From: Balanoglossus misakiensis
Taxonomy: Eukaryota; Animalia; Hemichordata
DNA length: 64,000 nt
Assembly: GCA_040954595.2 (NCBI GenBank)
Contig: CM082579.2
Coordinates: 6,623,625-6,687,624, forward strand
Direction: 5' to 3'
Shown here piece after piece: positions 37,279 through 49,847 of the stretch; within the stretch, counting starts at the first letter, position 1, and each line of letters opens with the position of its first letter. The notes below the pieces were generated by a model, which saw only the letters and a program-made list of their open reading frames with translations, searched no databases and was not told the origin of the DNA. Both the position numbers and the translations under genes were made by a program.

Positions 37279-40200
37279 CATTATTAATGGACAGAGTTTT
37301 AGAAATACGATGTATGTTTTGCAGTGTCACCAGAATCTATTTGATATTTACAGACCTTACAGATTTGTGTCTTTGAAGGTTTACATTTTGAGATTACAAA
37401 CGGGGGATTACCCCACTATTGACATTACTGAAAGGAATGCTATGATGCTAGAAATTGTTTGATTCTGATTGGCTACAAAAGTTTTTTTGTAGATTGAAGC
37501 CAGGAAGTACATCCATTTGAATTGTTATCATAATCTTCCTCGGCGAAACGGAATGAAGTTTTGTAGACTTCTTGTTTCAAACCAACTTGCCACATTTTCT
37601 TCTCATTTCAGAGAGAAATGCAAATAAACGTTTGCTGTAATATATAAGTCAAATGTTGCATACTCGTTTATTATTCTAAAACAAGTAGAGTGGTCGCTTA
37701 TGGATGGCACAGCGGCGACTGGTAAATTTGGCCCACTAACACCTGTTGCGTGACCCTGTTTGTGGAAGCCTCAAGGAGATTACCTAATTAACTGAGCAGT
37801 TCGACAGCTTTACTCCGTGACATGAAATTATAAAATCGACGTCGTTTTCATAGAACGGTAGCCGGTACTTCGTGTGTCGAGACCTTTTGCGGTAATACAG
37901 CGCCACCAAACGTCTGAGTTTGGTGTGTGGAAGGTTGAAAGGCTCAACGGGCAAACCTGAACAATTATGAGATACATACACCTTTTGACTGAAAATCTGA
38001 CAGAAACCTTCAATATAATATAAATCCACTGAAATCTCTGATTATTCGTCCATAAAATGGCGGGGAAAATGAGAATAGCTCAAACAAGAATTTGAAAAAC
38101 CCTCCTATACGCAGCACAGTGTATTGTCGTTTTCGAGAAAATTAGAATTGCTTCATTGATGTCGCATCTTCTGGCCTTCCAGTCTTGTGTACATCAACAA
38201 GTTAAACACAGGATTCTAACAGATGACGTAGGTCCTGGATGCTAACCCATTGCCCACGATCACGTAAATGACAAGGAAGCAAGACATACATGATAAGGCC
38301 GCGGGTTTTTGTCATCCTGCGTTTGATAGGTGCCAACCTTGTTCCCACACACAGGTCAGAGAAACCAGACCGGAACATGCCCCTGGGGTTTGTTTGTTGT
38401 GATCATTGGTACGATCACGTCCTGGCGTGCGTCGAGTCTTTCGGTAAACGTTTAGTTGTCAAGTGATCAGCCTGTAAGTTATATGTACTTTTACTCGTTC
38501 CTAAGAATCGCGTCAAACGATCTTCTACAGGAAGGGCACCAGTTTGAAGGGCGAAGTAACAGGAGGTTCCCAAGGCCTTTTCAGGTGTATTTACTTCCCC
38601 TGTGGTGTAAACTTTCTTGTATTCTATTACACAGTTTACAGGTATTTTCCTTCTGTTGGCCGACACAAGGCGAGCCCACGCCACGGGATGATTGAGCGAT
38701 GAGACCTCTCCTTATATCGTCAGTGTAAACGGACACTCAAGTGAACAGATGATGCTTCAGATAAATAACCATTTCTACATGATCAGGAATCGAAATTGTA
38801 ACCCTGTATAGATCTTCAACTTGGATTGTGGTGGATGACAATTAAGCGTTTGGAAACGAAATGAATATTCGTTTTGAAAAAAAAATGAAATCCTGATCAC
38901 AGCCTGAACACTTGTTGAATTTTAATAGAACGGCTCAAAATCTTTTTTAAGGGTAGCGCTTTCAAGTACTTTTGTTATTGCCTTTCGATTCTGTCAACGT
39001 TGAGTCTTGAATGATAAAACTGTAGCCACGGTTACTGGCTTGAAATCTGCATCGCATCTTACAAAGTACATTGCATCTGATCTATAATGTAAAATATTTG
39101 CTAACGTTTGCGTCGGTTTCTGCCGTACTTACTCCACACACAGCTCGCCCTGCGCCTCAACCCAATATAACCTCGACTATAGGTTCAGCTAAAGTACAAA
39201 GGTATCAAGTTCGGATATCGAGCGCACGATAATGCCTCTTACCCATCAGCAGCGAAATTGATCTTAAAAATTGTTGAAATGCTAAGAAAACATGTATCAC
39301 TATCCAGATGTCGATATTGATTGTATTTTGCTGCGTGTAGTTCTTGCCCTTGCGTCCACTACGCAGTTGAACGAACGGTCAGGGTATGTGTCAAAATATG
39401 GGGGAGGGGGAGAGGGCGCCTGTCAGGTTAGTGCTAGTCACATATTAAGAAACATACCGAATATTCCAAGAGTGGTTCTTACTGATCAGAAATCGTGGTG
39501 ACGGTGCCAATTAAAGTTCTCGAAAAGTTTAACACCATATCTATGTTTCTTAAGACACGTACGTGAACACACATGCAAGAATGCCGCAGATATGATAGCT
39601 GGTAGACAGGTAACTTTCCGGGGTTGCCTTACCCTGGTTTAGAGCTGACCATATTGGCTGAACCGAAAGTATTGGCGTCTGCTGTCTTTGTAACACCTGT
39701 GAAAACATCATTGATTGATACAAATTCTTCACTCACTATCGATCAAATGTGGTACGGTATGGCTGTGTATCAAATCACATTTGCCCATAGACGCTCTCGT
39801 ACATAAAGGGGAAAAAACTACAGCAAGAATACGTTGTCTAATTCTAGTATAGCGACTTTGCATTTAAGATAATACGGCGCAAAATTATTTCAACTGTATT
39901 TTTTTAATTGATACAGCCAGTCTCACGTGTTATCAAAAGCATCGATTTGTCGATCATCAAAGTGCCTGCGGGCGTGACGTATCATCGACACGGCGTGACG
40001 TCAAAGAATGATAACCTCACTGTACACACACGCCAAGGTGAGCAAAGCGATCGATCGTCGGGAATGATTTTGAAGTACAGTCAAGGAAAACTCACAATGC
40101 ACATAGCATTTTAAATATACACCACCAACAGATGATAATATTAAAGTACCTTATAATACTATATCGGATCTTTAAAATCGATTATACTATTGGCGTGGAC

Positions 40201-42698
40201 ACGTGCGAAGTCCTGGGTTTGCCGGTCGTTGCACCTGGGTTTCAGTTGTCAACCATACTAAGAAGAAAAGTGAAAATAAAATAATTTCTAAATAACAAAT
40301 GTTTCGTTACTTGCGACAAAAACACGGAGTGTGAAAAGTTGTTTTTTCCCCAGAATTTTCCAACAACATAAAAGCGCTTTGATCAATATGCAAGGGTGCG
40401 AATGATCTGAGAAAGTATTATTGGGACAGAGGTGCGCCTTATACTTCTCACCTGAATGTTTTAGTATCGTGCATTGCATCTTTTTAAGGCAATGTCAGGG
40501 TGACTTTGGCACGTTCATTCCACCTGCATGGCTGTTTACGTTGATGCGAATTGATATTGTGTTTCCAGTGTTTATTTTAGGTTCGTATAATCAAATATTG
40601 ATGCTTGGATTCATATCGGTACGAGGCTGCTTCAGTGTGTCGCATTACACTAACTGCACCATACGAAACCGCTCAACACTAGGCTACATACATGTAACAG
40701 TACATATTTTTCTTTTAATCCATCACACTGTAAAACCTTTGTACGTCACACTTCAACGCAAAATGTATAAGACACAAAGAAACACAAATAAGTGCTCAGC
40801 TCATGAGCTCAACACAAAATCCAATCTTATGCCGATGAACAAGCGAACTAAACAGAATCCCCCACCGCGACTGAATGGGCTGCTGACAATCCCATTCAGA
40901 TCACGGGCAAACACGAAAGCCATTAGACCGAAGTCGCACGACGAACCCAAAGTTAAGCGTGAAGTGGAAAACAAATACGAAAGCTTTACAAATGCGTTCA
41001 GCCTATACAGCTATCCAACACTACACTATCATCTGGCAAAACTCAAAATACCCAATAGCAAACAATCGTGTTGATACATTTTCGTTTCGATTTCGTGAGT
41101 TCAACGGGAGTTCAGAACTTTCAGTGAACTGTCTACAATTTCTGCGACAAACGACCGAACACTCGCTGTGTGTCAAATCAATACCCGCGTTGCTAACGGC
41201 CTTGTTGACTGTTACATGCACAATATGGACATTGCGGAGCAAAGCTAGCTCTGGTCAAAATATTGATAAAGTACGTACTGACAAAACGCCAGATATCAGC
41301 AAACGATGAAGCACAGTCAAAAGACGGTTGTTGTCGATCGGAAATTTGACTACAGTTCGAGTTGATAAGGCGCCCTCGCGTGGCTGATTAAACATTTTCT
41401 CTGTATTCTTTCGATTAAACACAATGGCATCACACCGGCGATATAATTTGCTTCAAATTGATTTCCAGATGTATGCAGCATGAAATCTTAATTATAAACA
41501 TTTAAAACATATCCTATGTTTCAGAACGGATGTCAGCGTCCTCTACTGAATCTAACCGTAAATAGCGCGTATTCTCCGTCACGTTGTTCCTGTTGTGTGC
41601 TACACATTCAGGAAAGCATTCATTCACCTGGCTTATCACGTACACGTTGACTTGTGGAACTATAAATAGATATTAGGAAGAATGCCATTGGAAATTGGCT
41701 GGCCTCGGGATAAATGCAGAATGCATTATACTTCAGAAGACGAATTGATCAAAGTGGCGAGTTTTTTTTATACAAAAACACAACCATCATCACACGATCA
41801 TGTGAGCAGCATGCATGATACACGTATGCATGCACACAATGAAATGCGTTGAAGACACTTTCGTCCGTTGATCGCAGCGAGAAAAACAGAGCCCGTCATG
41901 CAAATGATGAAACAGTGACAAACAAGACACGTGTTAAAAAGCGGCTGTTTAATTTGCGTGGAATCGACCCTTCATTGTTTTTTCCATTTATCACACATTT
42001 GTCTCCAGTCGTCCCAAGAATTTCGTAACGTTCTTTTCAATCGCATATACGCCAAGGGGATATACTATTATTTTTGTAGACACGCGACTGTGATACACGT
42101 ACAGACCAATTTGGTCGGATAAACATGTTTTCGTTCACTGAGACAATTATAGGAATAGGAGCGTTCAGTTTCAGGCAATTTCCCGATATCGAAAACGATC
42201 GACGTTATGATTTCAATGACTGCTCCCGGGCCTTTGTCCTTCGACTGTTCAGCGATGATATTTTTCTTGAATAAATTTTCACCTGTTTTCTGGAGGATTT
42301 TAACTCAGTCTCTAGGCAACAGACAATCACAGCTCGGCGGAAACGCGTAGCATCATGATGAGGATCAGACCACTTAGCGTGAAGTTCAGTAGAGACGGAC
42401 TAGCGACTTAGACCTTATGATTCAAGGTAAAGGTGAATTTTACCGACAGTTCAGTTTTCCGTGAGCAGGAAATTCCAGCGGCAATGACACGTTCCAGTTT
42501 CTGCGACCTGCGAAGCGACAGGGTCGTCTCGAGCAGGAAAATCACTGACCCAAGTTATGGCAGTATATCATAAAAATTCGGGTGATTTTTATCATCATTA
42601 TCACGGTATGTGAAACTAACAAAGGGGCGCTCTTTACCATCACCTAGATTGTCAAAGGATTACTATACCATTGTAAAATAGGGTTTAAGTGTAGGTAT

Positions 42699-42900
42699 TA
42701 GCCGTAGGTATTTAGCATATCAAAAATGTTGATATGTGGCGTGAGTGGGGGAATTCAAATGCTAATATAGCGACCAACCAATAGAATGAAACCATTGCCA
42801 TTTTCCATCTGGTAGTCGTAGGTATTACGCATATCAAAGCTTTTGATTTGTGACGTCAATCAGTGGGGGTCTCAAATACTATAGCGACCAACCAAAAGAG
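42699..42900. repeat. Diverged tandem duplication, period ~114 bp
   Basis: TAG(C/T)CGTAGGTATT..GCATATCAAA...AGTGGGGG...TATAGCGACCAACCAA starts at 42699 and again at 42813. Confidence 0.8.
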
Positions 42901-45900
42901 ATATGATTAGAAAAACAGGAACATTACTTTGCCTTGAGAGTGCCTGAAACCGGTGAAACCCAATGTGTCCTTCGCTGCCAGCTTCCGACCGAAACCATTT
43001 CCTCGGACATGATTGTTCGTGCCAACGGAAGTCACCATGGCAACCAGACAGGATGTAGAGCAGTACGCTGAAGTGCAGTTGAGGATGTACGATCGGTAAA
43101 TTCAAAGTATTGTCATTCCTTTTAGTTGTGGATTTTTTTACTCTCCTTGAAAGTACTTTGTATAAATACGGATACTATACGGATACTATATTGCTGAGCT
43201 ATGTTTAACACCTTATTATATGAAAATAACTACAGTGTATAGTTAGTAGAAGTTTCCAGCAATGTAATCCTACGGGAAGAGACTCATTCCACGTGTTAAA
43301 AGGTATTCATCATGGCTCACATTAGGAAGAGAGTCCGCTGAAGTGTCTGTAGGAATAAAATGCACCAGACTTGACAATCGGTGTCGACACTCAAACATGA
43401 TACCGTTTTCTTTAGCCAGATTACCGGCAACTCAGTCAAGCAACGGCCAACTTGTAACTGTCTTCACGTTTTACTGTTTCACTGCATCACGATGACGCAA
43501 ATTACCATCCCAAGTCTTTCGAGTGCGCCGTAAGTGTATGGGTACAAGCTCTGAACTTTAAAAGAAGACTCTCCATCGATGTTGGAAAGGTTACACCAAA
43601 GGTACACATGTATAAGTTCACATATCGAACACATATAATAAGTAAACTAATACGTGCGCTGCGAAATCGATCTCTTAAATAGCTGAAATGCTGCTAAAAG
43701 GGCGTATTCTGATAATGTCACCAGATATCGGTATTGATTTTGCTCCATACGTCTTGTCTTCGTACCCACCACACAGTTGAACGACCTGCACTCTAAAAAT
43801 CGTGAGGCGAACGGTTGTGAAGGGATAGACATAGGCGGATAGACAACACAACCATTGAGTCTAGATGCACGGGAATATATCTAAGATCGGACGAGAAAAT
43901 TCTTTTTTTTTAGTCAGAGAAGAGTAAACTCAGACGATTTCTACGACATAAACTATGTCCCCTTCTACAATAGTTTCTTTCATTCTGCAGCTATAGCATG
44001 TTGTATCGAAAGAACAAAATGGCTGATCTTTCAGACGTATTTCGATTAGCTGTGTTTAAATTACTCCCCCTTTATCATTCGGCTTACTGTGTGTGTCGAA
44101 TTTTGGAGCATCATGCCTTGCCTTCGGGCGTGACGTATTATTAATACGGCGTGACGTCATGCCAGGGTATACCGCAATGCGATCGATGGTTGACATACAT
44201 GAATAAATCATAATGCAACAGAATCAGTTTTTTAAAAAATGCTATCAACAGTCGGTAACTGTGCACCTTATATGCCGTATTGGGTTTTGTCATGAATCAT
44301 GCATATGTTCTGTGATTTTCTAAAGGGATGTGCAATATCCAGTCATTTGCTAGCCTTTCAGTCATTTCTGTCAAAGTGCGTCATTTAAAAAAAAAACCAT
44401 GTATCATTTCATAAGCCCAGTCTCAGATGTTAATATCAGATTTTACAATGTGAATTTTTCATGTGTTCAGATACATCAAATCCAATAAGAACTTAATGCG
44501 CTTTTAGATGATTCTGGACGTTGACAGCGAAGATTGCAGATTATTTTAAGAAGGGAACATGCGCGTCGATCAGGACAAGAGACGCTACGACGGTCCATTT
44601 TCGCACAGACGTTCAATATCATGCATTTTCATCATTTTTACGCAAGGCTGTTTATGATGAGGTCAGATGATATTGTAGATATGAAAGTGATTGTGGTTGT
44701 TTCGTTTAGGTTTGTTTCACGTCGCTCATATTTTGAGAGTAGATTCACGACGGCGCTTAGCTTCAATCTTTGTAACATCACAGTACATCACACGGCATTG
44801 CAGTGTACAGTGTGCCAGCACAGTATATTACAATGTGTCTACGTCACACGGTGCTGCATTTGTACGTCGAATTTACTGCCTTATTAAATGAAATAACCGA
44901 AAGCTCGGTCAAATGTAGACATTTTCAATTCTTCAGGCCAAAACAGAAAATAAATTCAGTTATCTTATCAGATATAATCTTCGAACTAAACGGCGATCCG
45001 CCAAAAACAAGTCTTAGTCTAACAAAATCTAACAGGATATGGCCGGATAATACAAAACAATATTCTTGAAGTTGAATCCGTCAACACAATGTACAAAGTT
45101 CATTCAACCTTTAAAAACAGATCAATAGGCAATAAAAAAATACATCCTGATGCGTGTAATCATGTTGACTGAGTTTACTATTGGATATTTTGTGCGTGGA
45201 AAAGATGAATACAAGTTCCGTCCCAGACGGAATGAAAACTCTCTCTGTTTTCTAATCGATAATGTGGTTACTAATAGCGTTGTTGACTGTTACAACCACA
45301 AAGACGTTATTGTTATCACAAGTGGCGTAAATGGATCAGCGTAAGGAGCATATCGATTCAATAATGACTATTTACAGACTGGAGTACGCGTTGCGTATCA
45401 TGAGTGTTTTCCCCTGCGACGTTGCGATGTATTCTCTAGGCCAGTAATACGACGAACCTCTATTTGTAGTATCTGCTATAATACTAGTATTTATTTCTAA
45501 AACATTCATTCATCCAGTCAGTCAGTCCCGATATCACTGTGACGCCCACCGTTCGATCTGTTTCTTGTGTGGTTCCAACCAACAGGTCTAGGTCTGGCGG
45601 GTCAAACGGCCCATTTTTAGAAATGCAACCTTGACAGAAATTTCGTGGTTTTAAATGTTGCGTCAAGGCATTTTTGTGTGTTGTCTTTAAAAAAAATGTT
45701 TTGTAGCATGGAGAAAATGCTGACTCCCTTTACAAGTATATTACACAGGTGTACGAATATATTTCAATGGGGCAGTTTTTATTTTAAATCAGATATCGAG
45801 ACAGTTTATCGGAAGTGACACCGGTCGAATCGTAGTTTGGTAAACGAGGCAAACGTCATTCGAATAGACATAGCGCCACCATGCGTTCGATTATTGACAT

Positions 45901-48900
45901 TCTCTCAGGCTGGTACATGTATCGATAACATTTTGCATTTGACTTCAATTCCCCCGTTTTTCTTTATGTATAATAATCACGTATGAAATCAATTACGGAT
46001 AACACAGCGACGGGAGAGTGAACAATTATATCTCGTCACTTTTTTTATCATTCTTAATGTTGGGCAAAGGGCTCCCGGTTCTGTGCGCAAAAGTACAGGT
46101 GTTATTTTCCCAGCGGCGCAGGGGCGTGTGGAGTGGCCGACAGCCTTTCAATCGAAACAGCTTGGATTGAACAGTGACGTCGTTACAATTAAGTCTTTGT
46201 CACCTGAATGTTCGCATGTGGATGAAAGAACAGACAAGTGGTGCTTTTTGACCAAAACGGCCCCGCATGTACGTCATCGATGATATTTCAGCAATACAGA
46301 TGGCCCGATTTTGGTCACTGTGAATCACGGCTTCGTGGAAATCAATTTTGGAATTCAAATTATAAAGCACCAATTCTCGGGTAACTGGGTCAAATTCAAA
46401 ACTCCAAAAGAAAAGCAAAATATTTTTGTGTGTGAAGAGCATGGTAATTACAGTTAACAGTCATCTTCAGAGGAAAACCCCATACACACGCTCAGTTCCG
46501 AGCAAATCAGTTTTGCCTCTTACAAATAAGTTGTCCGGGGTTTCACGATGTCGCAGCGGGCGCAAATGTGAAGTGTTGGACCTAGTTTACTCATTTCTGC
46601 TAATACGTTTATTTTTCCCCGTCAGCCAGGACTGTTTACTCTAAGATTGTCAGGGAATGCAAGTCCACACGGATTCGAATTAGATATTCATATTCATCAT
46701 GTTCAACCGCTATACGTACGTGCATTCGCCGATTGAGGACATTCGACTCAACTGACCACATGGTGGTTCAATCACGATAGTCCGGTCCCATGTATTTTGT
46801 TTGCAACCGATCGCATGTAAAAAGTGTGCCGTTTTGATTCGGCCAACAACGTCAATACCGGCACCTGTTTGCAGATGGTCTCACGACTTCGCGACGTGCT
46901 GTGTACTGCAAGCTGCTGATAGGCGGGCACGTATAACCTCCACTCATGTACGTGTCTCAAAGTAAAGGAAAATGGACTCTCGGTTGGCCCACTGATCTTC
47001 GACCCGCGCCGTCGGAATGCATAATTACATCACATTTTGACGCGAACGCTGCAAGAATTCGCACACGGGTAGATATTGTATAAAAGCGTTATATGCAAAA
47101 AAAGCAGACCCCCCAAGGTTGCTTCTGATTGGTCAAGAGCCATTGTCGCACAGGTGAACAGCGGGGGGGGGGGGGGGAGGCGGATTCGGTAAGCCACGGC
47201 TAATAGACTGTCCGGGGTGCCGTATAATTTGATGTGTAACAGTGATGTCATGTCATGTCAGACGCATACTACCTTAACCCGGGGATAATTATTTCACATT
47301 GTACGCATGCATGATATCAACTTATGGCCTGTGGCAGATCACAGCGCCGCCATCGACGATTCGTCTATGAAGTTAAACTCTGACCCAAAGCGCAAGTTGC
47401 GTAGCAACGGCCGCTTTCGGCGTAATTTGTAGAAAAGTAGAAAATTGCCGCATTAGCATTTGTTTCAAATGCCAACAAGATCGCCAATAAACTTTTGTTC
47501 AACTTCTCTAATATGTCATATGTGAATCGCTTTGAAAAGTTAGAGTCGTCGTGTGACAGGAAATTGTCAGCTTCGGCTGAAATGGAGAGTGCATTGACCC
47601 GCCCCCCCCCCTCCTTGTGCTGACAGAAAATTCGCAAGAAGAAAAAAATCACCAAACTGACTCGTTTCGCACAGAATTTTACCTTCAGTTATTGAAACCT
47701 GTTGCAATAACTCGGCTCATTCGGGACAGGTCGTATCACCGCGATGCGAGAGCTTAGAAATCCCACTTTTCCCATCTCCTTGAACCTCTATGTCAAACGG
47801 AGTGGAACCACGCGTGACATGTCATTATGCCGAAGAATTAATTTACGTATCATCACATGATCATCGTGGAATGTCATTCGCGCGTCAAACGACACCTGGC
47901 ATGCGCATTGCAAACATCCAATCACGCGAATCAACGCGAATAAACCACAAAACCTATTATTGTCAGGTTGAGGTTAACCATATGAAACGCTATCCCAGAT
48001 CAAATAACTGTCTCCCAAATCACGTGATGAAATTCGTTCTAACGAAACAGCTGACTTTTACCCTGGGTATTTAGCAGCGTCTTGTTAATTACCAAGTTTG
48101 CTGATACTTGCCGTAGCTTCTGTGGGCAACCTTGTCCTCACAGCACTGTACGGAATCCAGTAAACATACCACTGCAACAGCCAAGCCATGTGCCGTAGAG
48201 GGACTATGCTTGCATCAAACCTGTGCCACACGGGGCCGTGCACGGGGGCCCTGTCACTGTGACGAAGTTATCACGACTCTGTTTACCGAAACGTGCACAT
48301 TTAACGTGACCAAACCAAATTCTATTCTGATTCAGGAAGGATTCTAAAAATACCCGTCAATTTAAGTGAAATTGCTTATTTTCACCCACGCACCGGCCGC
48401 GACCCATTTATTTCTTCAGGTTCATTTCGCAACATTTCAATATTTACACCGATATTCCCAACAGTCATGCTATTGTTAGCGGCGGTGTGGGTTAAAATTA
48501 AATGCATTTTGATTGGATCACTGCAGTTCAGCATGAATCGGTGCGAGGAGGCATCCATCAGACTCTAATGTCGAAAGGTCGAATCTCTGTTTATACCTGT
48601 ACTTCTACATGTCTTCCAAATTGACTCCCCTCCCCGGGCGCAATATTAGTTGCGAAATACCAGAGAATAACAGATAAGAGAATATACAATAGAGAAGAAA
48701 ATATAATGCTACCCCTATATTTCACAACAAACGCGGTTTTCAAAGGAATCCTCCGATCAAACCAGTTGGTACCGCTTTCCGTGGTTCTATCGTTTGATCA
48801 CCCTCTTCTGGGAATTGATGAAAGGAACAATTTTGTTGTAAGAACGTAAAGATCGAAACGCAACGTGATGTAACTGGTCAATTCTCTTCTGTATGAAATG

Positions 48901-49726
48901 ATTATTTTCTTTCTTTCTTTCAGTCTAAATGCGGAGCGGGAGCTGATTGCGTTTGGTCTGACAGGAAACCTATTAATTTTTACCCGGCATACTAGCTAAC
49001 CCGACAGAGGAATTATTCATAATACGTCTCTGAGTCGCATTGCTGAACGATGGGAGTAGATTGTGCAGCCGATGGCAAAAAATGAGTATTCGATTACAAA
49101 ATATACGTGCATTTGTTGTGAACGATATCTGTGATGTGTGTGGATGCTTGTTACTAGCAAATGCGCTATGAAGCGACATAAATTATGGTTCTGCATAAAC
49201 GGCTCGTCTGTGTAGTGTTTAATAACGTATGTCACGTCTCAACAGTCCATGTGCACGTGTCACATGTATATACGCGCCAAAAACCTGAGGTGGGACTTCA
49301 AGTTACCGGTACGATTGTGTGTTCAAGGTGATATTCCTTCCACACTGAAGAAAACGTGGGAACACCTATAAACCCTCCAATTTCATTAACATTTAGATTG
49401 AGTATGTGGTAACCTTACACGAAACTTGTAACTGGATGATACGTTTCGAGGGCGAAGGCCCGTTTTGATATCAGGTCCTTAAAAGGAATTTCATTTCGAA
49501 TGTGGAAGTCTTCATCTAAAAGTAGATATCTCATTCGAAACAGGAGCCTATACACGTGTGGAAAAGACAAGAAATGATTTGCTTTGCGTTACGCACACAC
49601 GTGGGTTTTTAAACCGGCGGAGTTGTCAAGTTCCCTAACACGTTCTCCCACAAAGTTACGGATATAGTTTTGGGGTATGCTAATTTAAATGTGTGTGACT
49701 TTCAATCTATAGCTATACCGCGTATT

Positions 49727-49847
49727 ACAACACAACACAATTAACACAACACAACACAACACAACACAACACAACACAACACAACACAACACAACACAAC
49801 ACAACACAACACAACACAACACAACACAACACAACACAACACAACAA
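49727..49847. repeat. (ACACA)n pentanucleotide microsatellite
   Basis: Read directly; explains the CCVVL-repeat ORFs. Confidence 0.97.

Noticed and set aside
40421-41074. 217-aa plus-strand ORF in the gene desert
   Set aside because: Non-ATG start, random-looking composition, no domain or convincing splice context.
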